Shown here piece by piece: positions 55,028 through 64,000 of a DNA stretch of 64,000 nt (position 1 is the stretch's first letter; each line of letters starts with the position of its first letter). The notes under the pieces are model-generated. The model was not told the DNA's origin. It was given only the letters and a program-made list of their open reading frames with translations, and did not search any database. A program made the position numbers and the translations under genes. The stretch covers positions 8,292-72,291 of the forward strand of contig CAINCQ010000041.1 in NCBI GenBank assembly GCA_903847095.1. The letters are read 5' to 3'. This stretch comes from an uncultured bacterium (GTDB taxonomy: Bacteria; Patescibacteriota; Minisyncoccia; Minisyncoccales; UBA5738).

Positions 55028-55912
55028 TCATTTTAATCGCGAATCATATTCCTCCAACAGGCTTGACAAGGAGCGTTTTGTTGTCGAGTTGTACGCTTTC
55101 CGCCAGATTTCGTCCTGTTCCGATATACTGGATCCCATTTTTATCAGCGGGATCGCCAGGACCTTGGATACACCGTCGATCTTTGCCCACATAATCAAGA
55201 CCGAGATCGGATCAGAACTGACCCGCGATAACTTGATCAGCTTTTCCGCTTCCGTAATGAGCGCCGTTTGAGCACCGTTTTTCGCTAAATCTTGAGACTT
55301 AATTCCCAGCTCCGTCCCTAAACTTGCGCGGTAAAGATCGGTTTCTTCCGCTTGATACTGGAAGATGTCTCCGGGGGTTATATTGCCCCGGTGCGCGAAA
55401 ATGTATAGGAAGGCCATCTCCGCGTTTATGGGCCGATTCCGGCAGAACTTGCGGGCGTTTTTCGCCATCAGACGCCACAATTCGGTTGCCTTTTTTTCCT
55501 CGCTTTTTTTGATGAGCTGGGTCAGCTCGGCGCGGGTAAGAACGGGAAGGCGCGCATCGCAAGCTTCTTTCGTTTCTTCCGGATTATCCCTATTGTCGGA
55601 TACAAAGTAAGCATGACCCTTGGTGATGACGAGGTGGGCATGTTTTACAATGTATTCAATGTCGGGATCACAAAAGGAGTATCCCATACTGGGCCCTTCG
55701 GTAATGGTGATGAAAATTTCACCCTTATCGATCACTCGGGAGATTTTTTCGATATCGTTAAGACTTAAATCTCCGTTTCCGACTCGTTCCCCATTCTGGT
55801 TGAACCAGAAATTGTTTTTAACGACCATCTGGCCTAATTGTCTCCGATTGCCGGCGTAGAGTCCCAGTTCATTGGGCGCTCTCTGCTCAAACATTCTTGC
55901 AGTCAATTTCAC
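55028..55912 (-). CDS. Hypothetical protein (294 aa)
   Basis: Long ORF with its own terminator. No recognisable motif. Confidence 0.5.
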   Translation of the reverse strand: MKLTARMFEQRAPNELGLYAGNRRQLGQMVVKNNFWFNQNGERVGNGDLSLNDIEKISRVIDKGEIFITITEGPSMGYSFCDPDIEYIVKHAHLVITKGHAYFVSDNRDNPEETKEACDARLPVLTRAELTQLIKKSEEKKATELWRLMAKNARKFCRNRPINAEMAFLYIFAHRGNITPGDIFQYQAEETDLYRASLGTELGIKSQDLAKNGAQTALITEAEKLIKLSRVSSDPISVLIMWAKIDGVSKVLAIPLIKMGSSISEQDEIWRKAYNSTTKRSLSSLLEEYDSRLK

Positions 55913-56033
55913 TTACTTCACCTTATAAGATTATAATATATTTTTTGTATAATGTCAAGCCAAGAAAAAAAGCCGTTTTTCACGGTTTTTATTCAAAAAT
56001 TACACCGGTATCAAGTCTTGCCGGGAACTGTAA

Positions 56034-57443
56034 TCAAAACTCAACGCTTTTTCCCATTGCCGGTATATCGATATGCACTTCCGCAAAAGAGCTCTCCGCC
56101 CGTTTTTTAAAGGCCAGGGCCTGCGGTAGTTCATTGTGGACCAAAAAAAGATTTATCAGGCCCGACGTATGTCCGGCGTACGCCAGAAGATCGTTTTGGT
56201 CCGCGTGGGCGCTTAATTCGTTAAGGACGATGATTTTGGCGCGTACGTCGTAAAGATCGCCGTAAATCCTTATCGGGGTGACCCCTTCCAATATTTTTCG
56301 GCCCAAAGTGTGTTCGGCTTGGTAGCCCGTAATAAGAATTATATTATTGGGATCACCGACGTTTTTTTTCAAATGATGCAATATCCTTCCGCCTTCGGCC
56401 ATTCCCGAAGCGGCGATGACCATGAAAGGTATTTTCATGTTATTAAGGGCTTTCGACTCTTCGACGGAACGGACGTTGATCAAGTTAATGAAAGAAAAAG
56501 GAGCTTCCCCTTCGTTGCCGAAATCCTTCCAGAATTGATCATCAAAATATTCGGTGCTGTGGGAGAAAACCTTGGTAATGTCGTCAGCCAGCGGGCTGTC
56601 GACATAAATCGGCAAGGGAGGGATGGCTTTTTGGTCGGTAAGGTTGTGGAGGATATAAATGAGCTCCTGTATCCGGCCTAACGAAAAGGCCGGTACAATG
56701 ATCCTGCTTTTCGTCCTAACCGCCCCATTGACGATATTTTTCAATTGTTCGATTACTTCCGCCACCGGCCTATGGATCCGCCCGCCGTAGGTGCATTCCA
56801 TCAGCAGGGTTGGGACGTTTTCTTGGATGATTTCGGGCGAACGCAAGATGGGAAGGTCGTCCCTGCCCAGATCGCCGGTATAAGCCATTGTTTTTACAAT
56901 ACCGTTTTCCTTGATTTCCAACACCGTGACCGCCGAACCCAGAATATGCCCGGCATCATAAAATTTGAAACGGATGTTACCGTTCAGATCCGTCCATTTG
57001 TTGCTTTTACTGAAATACGGAACCGTTTGGAACCGTTTAACTACTTTTTCGACATCCTCGATCGTATAGAAAGGCGTTATGAGCGCTTGGCCGTTATTCC
57101 TTATATGGGCGTTGTGGTAATCGCAATCGGATTTTTGGATGGCCGCGGAATTCAACAAAATAAACCGCGCGATTTCCGCCGTAGCTCCGGTGCAGTATAT
57201 CCGTCCCTTAAACCCGTCCCTTATCATTACCGGTAACGTTCCGCAATGGTCAAGGTGCGCGTGAGACAGGATAACCGCGTCTATCTGTTCCGCCCGAAAG
57301 GGAAGATTTCTATTCAATTGATCGGCAACGACCCTATCGCCTTGATAAAAACCGCAATCAAGAAGTAGATTATATCCTTCCGACTGGATCAGGTGTTTAG
57401 AACCGGTAACGGTTTGAGCCGCGCCCCAAAAAGTTATTTTCAT
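56034..57443 (-). CDS. MBL-fold beta-CASP RNA-processing hydrolase (RNase J/CPSF-like)
   Basis: The HAHLDHCG metallo-beta-lactamase motif followed by beta-CASP and C-terminal segments. Start moved to MKITFWGAA (57443). Confidence 0.75.
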   Translation of the reverse strand: MKITFWGAAQTVTGSKHLIQSEGYNLLLDCGFYQGDRVVADQLNRNLPFRAEQIDAVILSHAHLDHCGTLPVMIRDGFKGRIYCTGATAEIARFILLNSAAIQKSDCDYHNAHIRNNGQALITPFYTIEDVEKVVKRFQTVPYFSKSNKWTDLNGNIRFKFYDAGHILGSAVTVLEIKENGIVKTMAYTGDLGRDDLPILRSPEIIQENVPTLLMECTYGGRIHRPVAEVIEQLKNIVNGAVRTKSRIIVPAFSLGRIQELIYILHNLTDQKAIPPLPIYVDSPLADDITKVFSHSTEYFDDQFWKDFGNEGEAPFSFINLINVRSVEESKALNNMKIPFMVIAASGMAEGGRILHHLKKNVGDPNNIILITGYQAEHTLGRKILEGVTPIRIYGDLYDVRAKIIVLNELSAHADQNDLLAYAGHTSGLINLFLVHNELPQALAFKKRAESSFAEVHIDIPAMGKSVEF

Positions 57444-57557
57444 GGTCTTTGATTGCGATTCATTTTTCTCATTGTACCAAAAACACCGGAGATACCAAAG
57501 CAATTTACTTGACAGTAATGTAAATACATATTATTGTCCGGACAGAAAGGAGGTCGA

Positions 57558-57785
57558 ATGTTCGCTACGCTAAAAACCCGGTGGAAGTTTAGGAACGGTA
57601 AAGATCGCAGTTTCGTTTATCGGGAAGCAGGAAGATATGAGATTGAGCGCAAACCAAATCCGGTATTCGCCGATAAAGGACGCTGGCTGGTTTTTAAGGG
57701 AACAGAAATCGGAGCGGCCGAAGGCTGGTGGCGAGAATGGGCTGGGCCCGAATGGGATGAAATGCAAATAATCATTGAGGAGTAA
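57558..57785 (+). CDS. Hypothetical small protein (75 aa, Trp-rich)
   Basis: AAAGGAGG RBS, TTGACA-17-TATTGT promoter-like hexamers upstream and a terminator downstream (CCGTCGG-CTAA-TCCGGCGG plus T-run). Confidence 0.5.
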   Translation: MFATLKTRWKFRNGKDRSFVYREAGRYEIERKPNPVFADKGRWLVFKGTEIGAAEGWWREWAGPEWDEMQIIIEE

Positions 57786-57850
57786 TTTTTCCGTCGGCTA
57801 ATCCGGCGGTCTTTTTTTAAATCGCGCTTAAGAAAAAAAGCGATGCATGA

Positions 57851-59722
57851 TTACTTTTTGACCGGTATTTCAATCCGCGAAAGGTTATTCTCTTTGACGA
57901 AGCCGTTAATAACCTTTAAAAATATTTTTCCGAATTGTTTCAGTTTCATCGCGCCCACGCCGTTGATGCGCGCGAAATCTTTTTCGGAGCCCGGAAAGTA
58001 ATGGGCCATTTCCTGAAGCGATACATTGCTGAAGATCACAAAGGGGGGCACATTGGCCTTATCGGCCAGCTCCTTTCGTAGAACCCTTAATCCGTCGAAT
58101 AATTCCTGATTGTATGTAAGTCCGCCCTTCTTGATCTTTACTTCGATGATTTGGGAGATCTTTTCTTCGGCGTCGAGTTTGGGCATTTCGAGTCCTTCGT
58201 TTCCCTGGAGAAAAACCATGCCTTTTTTCGTCGCCGATAACACCGGATAACGTCCTTCGCTCTTCGATAAATAATCCAGATTGATCAAGTGGTTGATAAC
58301 CTGCGAAAGTTCGTCTGCCGAAAGATCGGAAACGATCCCGAATACCGGAAGACGGTCGTGTCCGTAACCCGAAATCTTTTTGATCTTTTTTCCCAGCAAG
58401 ACCTCGATCACGTAATTTTTTCCGAAGCGGTTTTCAAGCAACACTGTCGCGGCTATGATCTTTCTGGCGGGAATGGCGGCATCGAATTTTAGCGACGTTC
58501 CGCCGTATTCCGGCGTTTGGCCGCCGGCAAAAACTTTTTTCGCGACACAAATATCGCAGCCGCCGCAATTATCCTCTTTTAATTCCTCCCCGAAATACTT
58601 GAGCAGATATTTTTTGCGGCAAGTCGACAGCTGGGCGAAATTCATTACATCGCGTAATTTTTCCCTTGACCGTTCCCGCGATTGGTCATCCTTTATCTGA
58701 TCGATGAAGTATTCGTGTTTCCGGGTATCGGCATAGGTGTAAAAGAGGACACATTCACTGGGAAGCCCGTCCCGGCCGGCGCGGCCGATCTCCTGGTAAT
58801 AACCTTCCAGGGTTTTGGGATAAGTGTAATGTACGACCAGCCTTACGTCCGGCTTGTCGATACCCATGCCGAAAGCGATCGTTGCCACTATGATGTTTGC
58901 CTCGTCTTTTATGAAAAGTTCCTGGGTCGCGCTCCGGTCTTTAGCGCTTAAACCGGCATGGTAGGCTTTCGCTTTGAACCGGTGAGACCGTAATTCGCCG
59001 GCTATTTCCTCGGTTTCCTTTCGCGAGTAGCAATAAATAATTACCGGATCGCGACGGTATTTTTGCAGGAGGTTGAGAAGTTTTTGAAAAGCCTGTTTTT
59101 TTTCGATGACCCTTATGTGCAAATTTTTCCGATTGAAGCTGGAAATGAAAATACGGGCTTTGTCCAGCTGTAATTGGCCGATGATATCATCGCGGACTTT
59201 GTTGGTGGCCGTGGCGGTCAATGCGATCAGCGGTGTTGCGGGAAAAAGCTCTTTCAACAAGCTCAGATGGCGGTAATCCGGCCGGAAATCGTGGCCCCAT
59301 TCGGAAATGCAATGGGCTTCATCGACCGCGATCAGGCTGATCTTCAAGTCTTTTAAAAAACTCTTAAAGGATTCGGAGGCAAACCTCTCGGGCGCCACAT
59401 ACAGAATTTTTACCAGATTACGCTTGGTCCGGCCGTATATTTCGGCGATTTGTTTGGGCGACAAGGAAGAATTTATGAACTCGGCGTTAACACCGCAAGT
59501 CTTTAGCGCATCTACCTGGTCTTTCATCAAGGCGATCAGCGGCGAAACCACCAAAGTCACTCCGTCCAGTTTCAATGCCGGCAGTTGATAGCAAAGCGAC
59601 TTTCCCCCGCCGGTAGGCATTAAAACAAAACAGTCGTTTCCTTTAACGACATGATTGACGATTTCCTCCTGCAGTGGCCGGAATTCGTCATACCCGAAAT
59701 ATTGTTTGAGCAACGCTTTCAT
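57851..59722 (-). CDS. recQ: ATP-dependent DNA helicase RecQ
   Basis: FGY..FR..Q.E.., motif I PTGGGKSLCYQ, DEAH, RecQ-Ct zinc motif (C....C..C..C) and a C-terminal HRDC domain. Confidence 0.9.
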   Translation of the reverse strand: MKALLKQYFGYDEFRPLQEEIVNHVVKGNDCFVLMPTGGGKSLCYQLPALKLDGVTLVVSPLIALMKDQVDALKTCGVNAEFINSSLSPKQIAEIYGRTKRNLVKILYVAPERFASESFKSFLKDLKISLIAVDEAHCISEWGHDFRPDYRHLSLLKELFPATPLIALTATATNKVRDDIIGQLQLDKARIFISSFNRKNLHIRVIEKKQAFQKLLNLLQKYRRDPVIIYCYSRKETEEIAGELRSHRFKAKAYHAGLSAKDRSATQELFIKDEANIIVATIAFGMGIDKPDVRLVVHYTYPKTLEGYYQEIGRAGRDGLPSECVLFYTYADTRKHEYFIDQIKDDQSRERSREKLRDVMNFAQLSTCRKKYLLKYFGEELKEDNCGGCDICVAKKVFAGGQTPEYGGTSLKFDAAIPARKIIAATVLLENRFGKNYVIEVLLGKKIKKISGYGHDRLPVFGIVSDLSADELSQVINHLINLDYLSKSEGRYPVLSATKKGMVFLQGNEGLEMPKLDAEEKISQIIEVKIKKGGLTYNQELFDGLRVLRKELADKANVPPFVIFSNVSLQEMAHYFPGSEKDFARINGVGAMKLKQFGKIFLKVINGFVKENNLSRIEIPVKK

Positions 59723-59886
59723 GAGGTATCAAAACAAAACCATAGCTCTAATCTACCCTTTTTAACGTGACCTTTCAATAACCGGCTCCGGGTATTTTGA
59801 AGCTTATTGATCAGTCGCCAAAATACTTCGCAGGTATCTGTCGAGGCATAAATTTTTTTCCGCATCCTGCGAAATACCCTTGGACT

Positions 59887-59916
59887 AAAAAAACCGGCCT
59901 GTATGGCCGGTTTTTT
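59887..59916. terminator. Bidirectional intrinsic terminator downstream of proS
   Basis: AACCGGCC-TGTAT-GGCCGGTT flanked by A7 and T6 runs. Confidence 0.75.
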
Positions 59917-59930
59917 GGTCCGGAATACCG

Positions 59931-61400
59931 CTAGTAAGATTTTGCGAAAAGAACTCTTTTCGTGGACGGTTTGCCCGATTTGACGCACTGGCCGTTTTCG
60001 GCGGGTTGGTTAAAGGGAATACAGCGGATCGTTGCGCCGGTCTCTTTTTTGATCTGGGCTTCCACGTCTTTCTCGCCCGACCAATGAGCTAACACAAAAT
60101 TGGCCCCTTCGATCGCTTTTACGAAATCATCCCAAGTATCAACGGTTTTGGTTCTCGATTTTTGGTATTCCAGGGCCCGGTCGAAAAGATTAATTTGTAT
60201 TTTCGCCAAAAGATCGGCAATGGTTTTTGCTATATCAATTAAGGGCGCTATGATCTTTTCACCCGTATCCCGGCGAACGAGAACGGCTGAATCGTTAGCG
60301 ATATCCTTAGGGCCCAGTTCGACGCGGATCGGGATACCTTTCTTTTCCCATTCAAAATATTTTTCCCCGGGCCTTATGTCGCGGCTGTCAACAAGTGATC
60401 CGATGCCCTGATTTTTGAGAATCTTATCGATCTCCTTGGCTTTGCCTATTACCGTTTCCTTGTTCTCCGGGGAGGGAGCGATCGTGGTTATTATTACTTG
60501 TATTGAAGCGATTCTTGGGGGTATTACCAGGCCTTTATCGTCGCTATGGGTCATAATAAGCCCACCGATCGTACGGGTGCTCAATCCCCAGCTTGTTTGC
60601 CAGCCGTATTGCGTCGCGCCGTTCTTGTCTAAATATTTTATGTCGAATACTTTCGCGAAATTCTGGCCTAAATTATGCGAAGTGGCAAACTGCAACGCTT
60701 TACCATCCTGCATCATCGCTTCCAATGAATAAGTACACTGGGCTCCGGCGAATTTTTCCGACTCGGATTTCACTCCTAAGATCACCGGGATCGCCATGAT
60801 GTTCTCGGCAAAGTCTTTGTATATTTCGAGCATTTGCCGGGCGTATCGGTCGGCCTCAGCCTCTGTTTCGTGAACGGTATGGCCTTCTTGCCACAGGAAT
60901 TCGACCGTCCTTAAAAAAAGACGGGGGCGCATTTCCCAGCGGACGACATTGGCCCATTGATTGATGAGAAGCGGTAAATCGCGATATGATTTGATCCAAT
61001 TCGAAAAAACGTCATACATGATCGTTTCCGATGTGGGCCGGATGACCAACGGCTCTTCAAGTTTTTTTCCGCCCGCATATGTCACTATTGCCGTTTCGGG
61101 AGCAAATCCCTCGACGTGGTCTTCTTCCTTTTTGAGCAGCTTCTCGGGTATAAATAGCGGGAAATACGCGTTTTGCACTCCCAACTCTTTAAACTTTTCA
61201 TCAAGGATTTTTTGCGTTTTTTCCCATAAAGCATAACCGTGAGGTTTTATGACCATGCATCCTCTTACGGGGCCATACTCGGCCAGATCCGCCGCGGCTA
61301 TGACATCTAAATACCACTGGGAATAGTCGTCTTTCCGAGCGGTTATCTTTTTTTCTGCGAATTTTTCGTTTGGATTTTTTGGCAACATCATAGTATTCAC
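59931..61400 (-). CDS. proS: Proline--tRNA ligase (archaeal/eukaryote-like type)
   Basis: DYSQWY.DV...A.L......RGC...P.G...WE.. N-terminus and class II motifs, with no INS editing domain and a C-terminal zinc-like domain. Start ambiguous (GTG 61400 or ATG 61391/61388). Confidence 0.9.
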   Translation of the reverse strand: MNTMMLPKNPNEKFAEKKITARKDDYSQWYLDVIAAADLAEYGPVRGCMVIKPHGYALWEKTQKILDEKFKELGVQNAYFPLFIPEKLLKKEEDHVEGFAPETAIVTYAGGKKLEEPLVIRPTSETIMYDVFSNWIKSYRDLPLLINQWANVVRWEMRPRLFLRTVEFLWQEGHTVHETEAEADRYARQMLEIYKDFAENIMAIPVILGVKSESEKFAGAQCTYSLEAMMQDGKALQFATSHNLGQNFAKVFDIKYLDKNGATQYGWQTSWGLSTRTIGGLIMTHSDDKGLVIPPRIASIQVIITTIAPSPENKETVIGKAKEIDKILKNQGIGSLVDSRDIRPGEKYFEWEKKGIPIRVELGPKDIANDSAVLVRRDTGEKIIAPLIDIAKTIADLLAKIQINLFDRALEYQKSRTKTVDTWDDFVKAIEGANFVLAHWSGEKDVEAQIKKETGATIRCIPFNQPAENGQCVKSGKPSTKRVLFAKSY

Positions 61401-61983
61401 TACAGCCTAAATATTTTCGTGCCGAAAGTTTTGAATTCCGACGCTACGCCGCGGCTTCGCCAAGGCCGCGAGTGATGAATTTGGTTTGTTGTGTCACTCG
61501 GGCGATGCTATTCTACCGTGTTTGTAAGATGAAATTCTCAGCGTAAATATTTGAGCGATGTGTTTAATATTCTTACATAAAAAAAAGTCAAACACAAATT
61601 AATCAATCTAACGATTCCCGTCTTTCGCCGTAGTTAACGGTAAATTAATTTTTTATTGATAACGGGTTCGTTATCGTTGCTTCCGTGCCTTTGGGCCCGG
61701 TGCAGCCAAGTTCAGCGTCCGAGGCACGAATCGAAGATTTTTTCGTATAATAAAGGGCCAAACCTATGTCGGCAATGTTGCAAGGCTTGGCATTTTTCGT
61801 GCGGTAATAACCCATTGAGATCTTGGCAGTTCATCTTTGCCTTTTGACGCATTTTTTTTGAATAAAATTATTCTCCATTCTTTATTCCAACAAAAAAAAC
61901 GATACGACAAATACGATAAAAATCATATTTTAAAAATGACTCCGCGATCGGGGTATTTCGCTAACAAAAAAGGTGACATTAAG

Positions 61984-62568
61984 TCACCTATACTCGAGGT
62001 TAAGCCATTCAACATATCGTAATAGCTCGACGCGAGACGCCACATCTCCTTTTGCTTGATAGGCTCTGATTTTTTCCATATTTTCCTGGAAAAATCCGAG
62101 CTCCGAAACGGCGATGGGATTTGGCACGAAGGCAGGACAGATCACAATATACTTTTTCCTGTCATGCATCAACGCAATCGCCGTCAGTATTACGCGAGCC
62201 ATATGGTAATCAAGCGCCACTATTTGTATTGATTCTAATCCTTGAATTTCTGCCAGCTCCAGAACCCATTGTGCCTGGGTTTTGGTATTAGGGGTATGGG
62301 ATTGAAGAAATAAACCGGCAATCTTGTTTGTTTTTAGCAAAACCCGAATTCTCGGATAACTATATATTTCTTCGTCTTCTCCCCGCGTATTTGCTATATA
62401 AATCTGGTCGCAGCCTATAGCCTTGCAGAGAACGCCAGCTTCCTCGATCAAGTAATTGGCGTTCTGTCCGGTAAAAACCGCAACTGCAGTTTTCCCGGGA
62501 TTAGAAACTGTACGCGGCAGCGATACGCTTGCCAACATCAAGGCCCAAGCCTCGGCTTCCGATATCAC
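61984..62568 (-). CDS. DUF218/YdcF-family (SanA/ElyC-like) protein
   Basis: NT.TQA......A...G...I.IV...YHM.R resembles the DUF218 core (nT.eNA…vTs.yHm.Ra). GTG start. The terminator hairpin overlaps the stop. Confidence 0.45.
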   Translation of the reverse strand: MISEAEAWALMLASVSLPRTVSNPGKTAVAVFTGQNANYLIEEAGVLCKAIGCDQIYIANTRGEDEEIYSYPRIRVLLKTNKIAGLFLQSHTPNTKTQAQWVLELAEIQGLESIQIVALDYHMARVILTAIALMHDRKKYIVICPAFVPNPIAVSELGFFQENMEKIRAYQAKGDVASRVELLRYVEWLNLEYR

Positions 62569-62699
62569 TCAAGTCACTCTCCGATATTCTTGAATTTATT
62601 ATAACATAGCTATTCAATTTTATCAACCTAGCGTCAAAAACGTTGACTTTTAAAAGAAAGCAAATATGATAATGTCAGAAATCTTTAAAAGGTGGTTTG

Positions 62700-63341
62700 A
62701 TGCAAATTTGTCCGGTATGCAACGAGAAACTAGACGACGAGGCGAAATTTTGCCTGGAATGCGGTTTCAAAATGGAGGACGCCAAAGAGACTCCAAAACC
62801 CCAAAAGGTTGAAAAATACTCGAAGGCCCAGCGGTTATCGGTCTTTTGGCTGCTTAACCTTGCCACATTCAATCTTTATACAAGCTGGTGGATCTATAGG
62901 AAATCGGCTCAAATGAACGAAGCCGGGATTCCCACAAGACCATTTCTGAGGCTTGTCGGTACCGGATTTCCCGTTGCGTCGCTATGGTGCGTTTACTTAA
63001 CTCTTCGCGATGCCAAAAAATTGGTCGAGAACGGGGAAATAAAATCCGTCTATGATTCCGCCGCAGAATTGGCAATCGTTTACTGTATTTTGAACGGACT
63101 CTTTCTTTTGGCAAGTTTTTGGGTAAGAGGAATTCCCGGCCTTGTGTTGTCTATCGCGTCAGTACTCGTTTTGACCTATCTTATGAGCAAGGCTCAAGAG
63201 AATTTAAATCGGTATTGGCAAATGAAACAACCCGACCTTCCGATAAGAGGATTGAACGCTCTCGAAGGAATCATAATCCTAATTGGAGGGCTGGTATATC
63301 TTGGAATATGCACCGAAGTGATTTCTTACCTGTTCCAGTAG
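62700..63341 (+). CDS. Zinc-ribbon plus DUF4234-like membrane protein
   Basis: N-terminal CPVC…x11…CLECG ribbon, then 4 TM helices including the FNLYTSWWIYR motif reminiscent of DUF4234. GGTGG RBS before the ATG at 62700. Confidence 0.55.
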   Translation: MQICPVCNEKLDDEAKFCLECGFKMEDAKETPKPQKVEKYSKAQRLSVFWLLNLATFNLYTSWWIYRKSAQMNEAGIPTRPFLRLVGTGFPVASLWCVYLTLRDAKKLVENGEIKSVYDSAAELAIVYCILNGLFLLASFWVRGIPGLVLSIASVLVLTYLMSKAQENLNRYWQMKQPDLPIRGLNALEGIIILIGGLVYLGICTEVISYLFQ

Positions 63342-63434
63342 GATATGCGCGGAAGATCCTTTTTTTATGGCCCCAGGTTTTAAAGGGATTTTTCTACGGT
63401 GGACTGAGCGACCGGTCCCGATCAAAAAGCCTGT

Positions 63435-63461
63435 GAGCAAGAATAATTCTTGCTCCTTTTT
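63435..63461 (+). terminator. Intrinsic terminator
   Basis: GAGCAAGA-ATAAT-TCTTGCTC followed by CTTTTT. Confidence 0.6.
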
Positions 63462-63776
63462 ATATTTTTTATTTCCGATAAAAACAATCTTTAAATAACC
63501 GATCGAAAATTGAAGATTTGGACTTTGTATGGTTTAATAACGGTATGAATAGACAAAACCCAATAGACAAGAAAAAGCTTTTGAGTGAGTCGACCCATCT
63601 TACCCGTCCGCCGCGGCTTGAGGGTGTGGTAAAGAATAAAATGATGAATCCAACCCAAAAGAAAAAAAAATCGAAATCGGAAGAAGACGGCAAGAAATAA
63701 TTTCACCAAAGCCAAGGGTCGAACCCAGGCGAGCGGTTTAAATAAAAGTTATTCCAATATTTTGCTCTGTCTACAC

Positions 63777-63806
63777 AAAAACCATCAAAAAATGATGGTT
63801 TTTGTT
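63777..63806. terminator. Hairpin terminator (orientation ambiguous)
   Basis: ACCATCA-AAAAA-TGATGGT flanked by A and T runs. Confidence 0.5.
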
Positions 63807-64000
63807 TAAAACATTCGGCGGCCGCGAAGCATGGAAGAGTGTTGCTTTAGACGGCCTAATTTTACCGAAAATCCAATATGGTCCGCGAATTATGAACCCT
63901 GACGCCAAAAAGCGTTTTTGCGTTTTTAGGCGCGGCACCCAAAAAAAAGAAAGACCGGGTTGGCCGTCTTTCCTTCTATTTTACATCTAAACTGTGGCCA

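Noticed and set aside
59719-59988. An 89-aa ORF spanning the recQ-proS intergenic region.
   Set aside because: It runs through the bidirectional terminator (59887-59916) and overlaps the proS 3' end. It has no RBS.
61401-61560. Possible T-box leader upstream of proS.
   Set aside because: No T-box sequence (…GGTGGTACCGCG…), no AGAGA/GNUGGA elements, and no terminator/antiterminator pair with a U-run before the start codon.
61691-61721. GCAGCCAAG and TTCAGCGTCCGAGG resemble the SRP (4.5S) RNA domain IV consensus (GGUCAGGUCCGGAAGGAAGCAGCCAAGG).
   Set aside because: The two halves are in the wrong order. There is no GGAA/GNRA apical loop and no symmetric-loop pairing. A 9-mer match is expected by chance at this sequence length.
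63700-63750. GGGTCGAACCC (GGGTTCGACCC on the minus strand) looks like a tRNA T-arm, possibly a tRNA gene or an integration-site remnant.
   Set aside because: The flanking bases do not form a 5-bp T-stem, acceptor stem or anticodon arm. The upstream sequence is AT-rich and unstructured, and no integrase is nearby.
1-64000. Many 60-150-aa ORFs in the track lie antisense to, or out of frame within, long conserved genes. Examples are 264-650, 9838-10383, 10747-11610, 15569-15880, 17512-17967, 43059-43514 and 56745-57236.
   Set aside because: They overlap genes with clear homology-type motifs, lack RBSs and have low-complexity or Arg/Ser/Pro-rich composition typical of shadow frames.

Overview
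The 64 kb window is gene-dense and mostly minus-strand, with standard-code ORFs, frequent GTG/TTG starts and clear AGGAGG-type ribosome-binding sites. Housekeeping genes are rpmA, pyrG, rplI, Fe/Mn SOD, uppS, xseAB, rarA, recQ, proS, a DEAD-box helicase and a beta-CASP RNase. They are interspersed with many small orphan genes, cell-wall hydrolases and a type IV pilin. This mix is compatible with a small-genome uncultivated bacterium, possibly Patescibacteria/CPR-like, but that is inference only. There are two accessory blocks. The first (165-3940) is a defense islet: Phd/RelE toxin-antitoxin, a half-size HsdS, HsdM and DinD, with no HsdR in view. The second (22785-39323) is a 16.5 kb surface-glycan locus. 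It holds a WbaP-type initiating transferase, Wzm/Wzt ABC exporter, a methyltransferase, five or six glycosyltransferases, a UDP-2-acetamido-2,6-dideoxy-L-hexose trio and a Wzy_C+TPR ligase-like protein. By eye I found no rRNA, tRNA, CRISPR array, transposase, integrase or reverse transcriptase. The most unusual items are two unannotated micro-genes below the ORF-track cutoff, each with its own promoter-like signals and a strong terminator. One is a 36-aa Cys-rich peptide at 15449-15559; the other is a 30-aa hydrophobic, Fst/Ldr-like peptide at 18400-18492. Other points of note are an 82/84-nt gene-conversion patch between tandem GT4 paralogs, an identical terminator shared by two tandem membrane-protein paralogs, and several structured leaders and intergenic regions. 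Function calls rest on motif recognition from the translations; no database search was possible.
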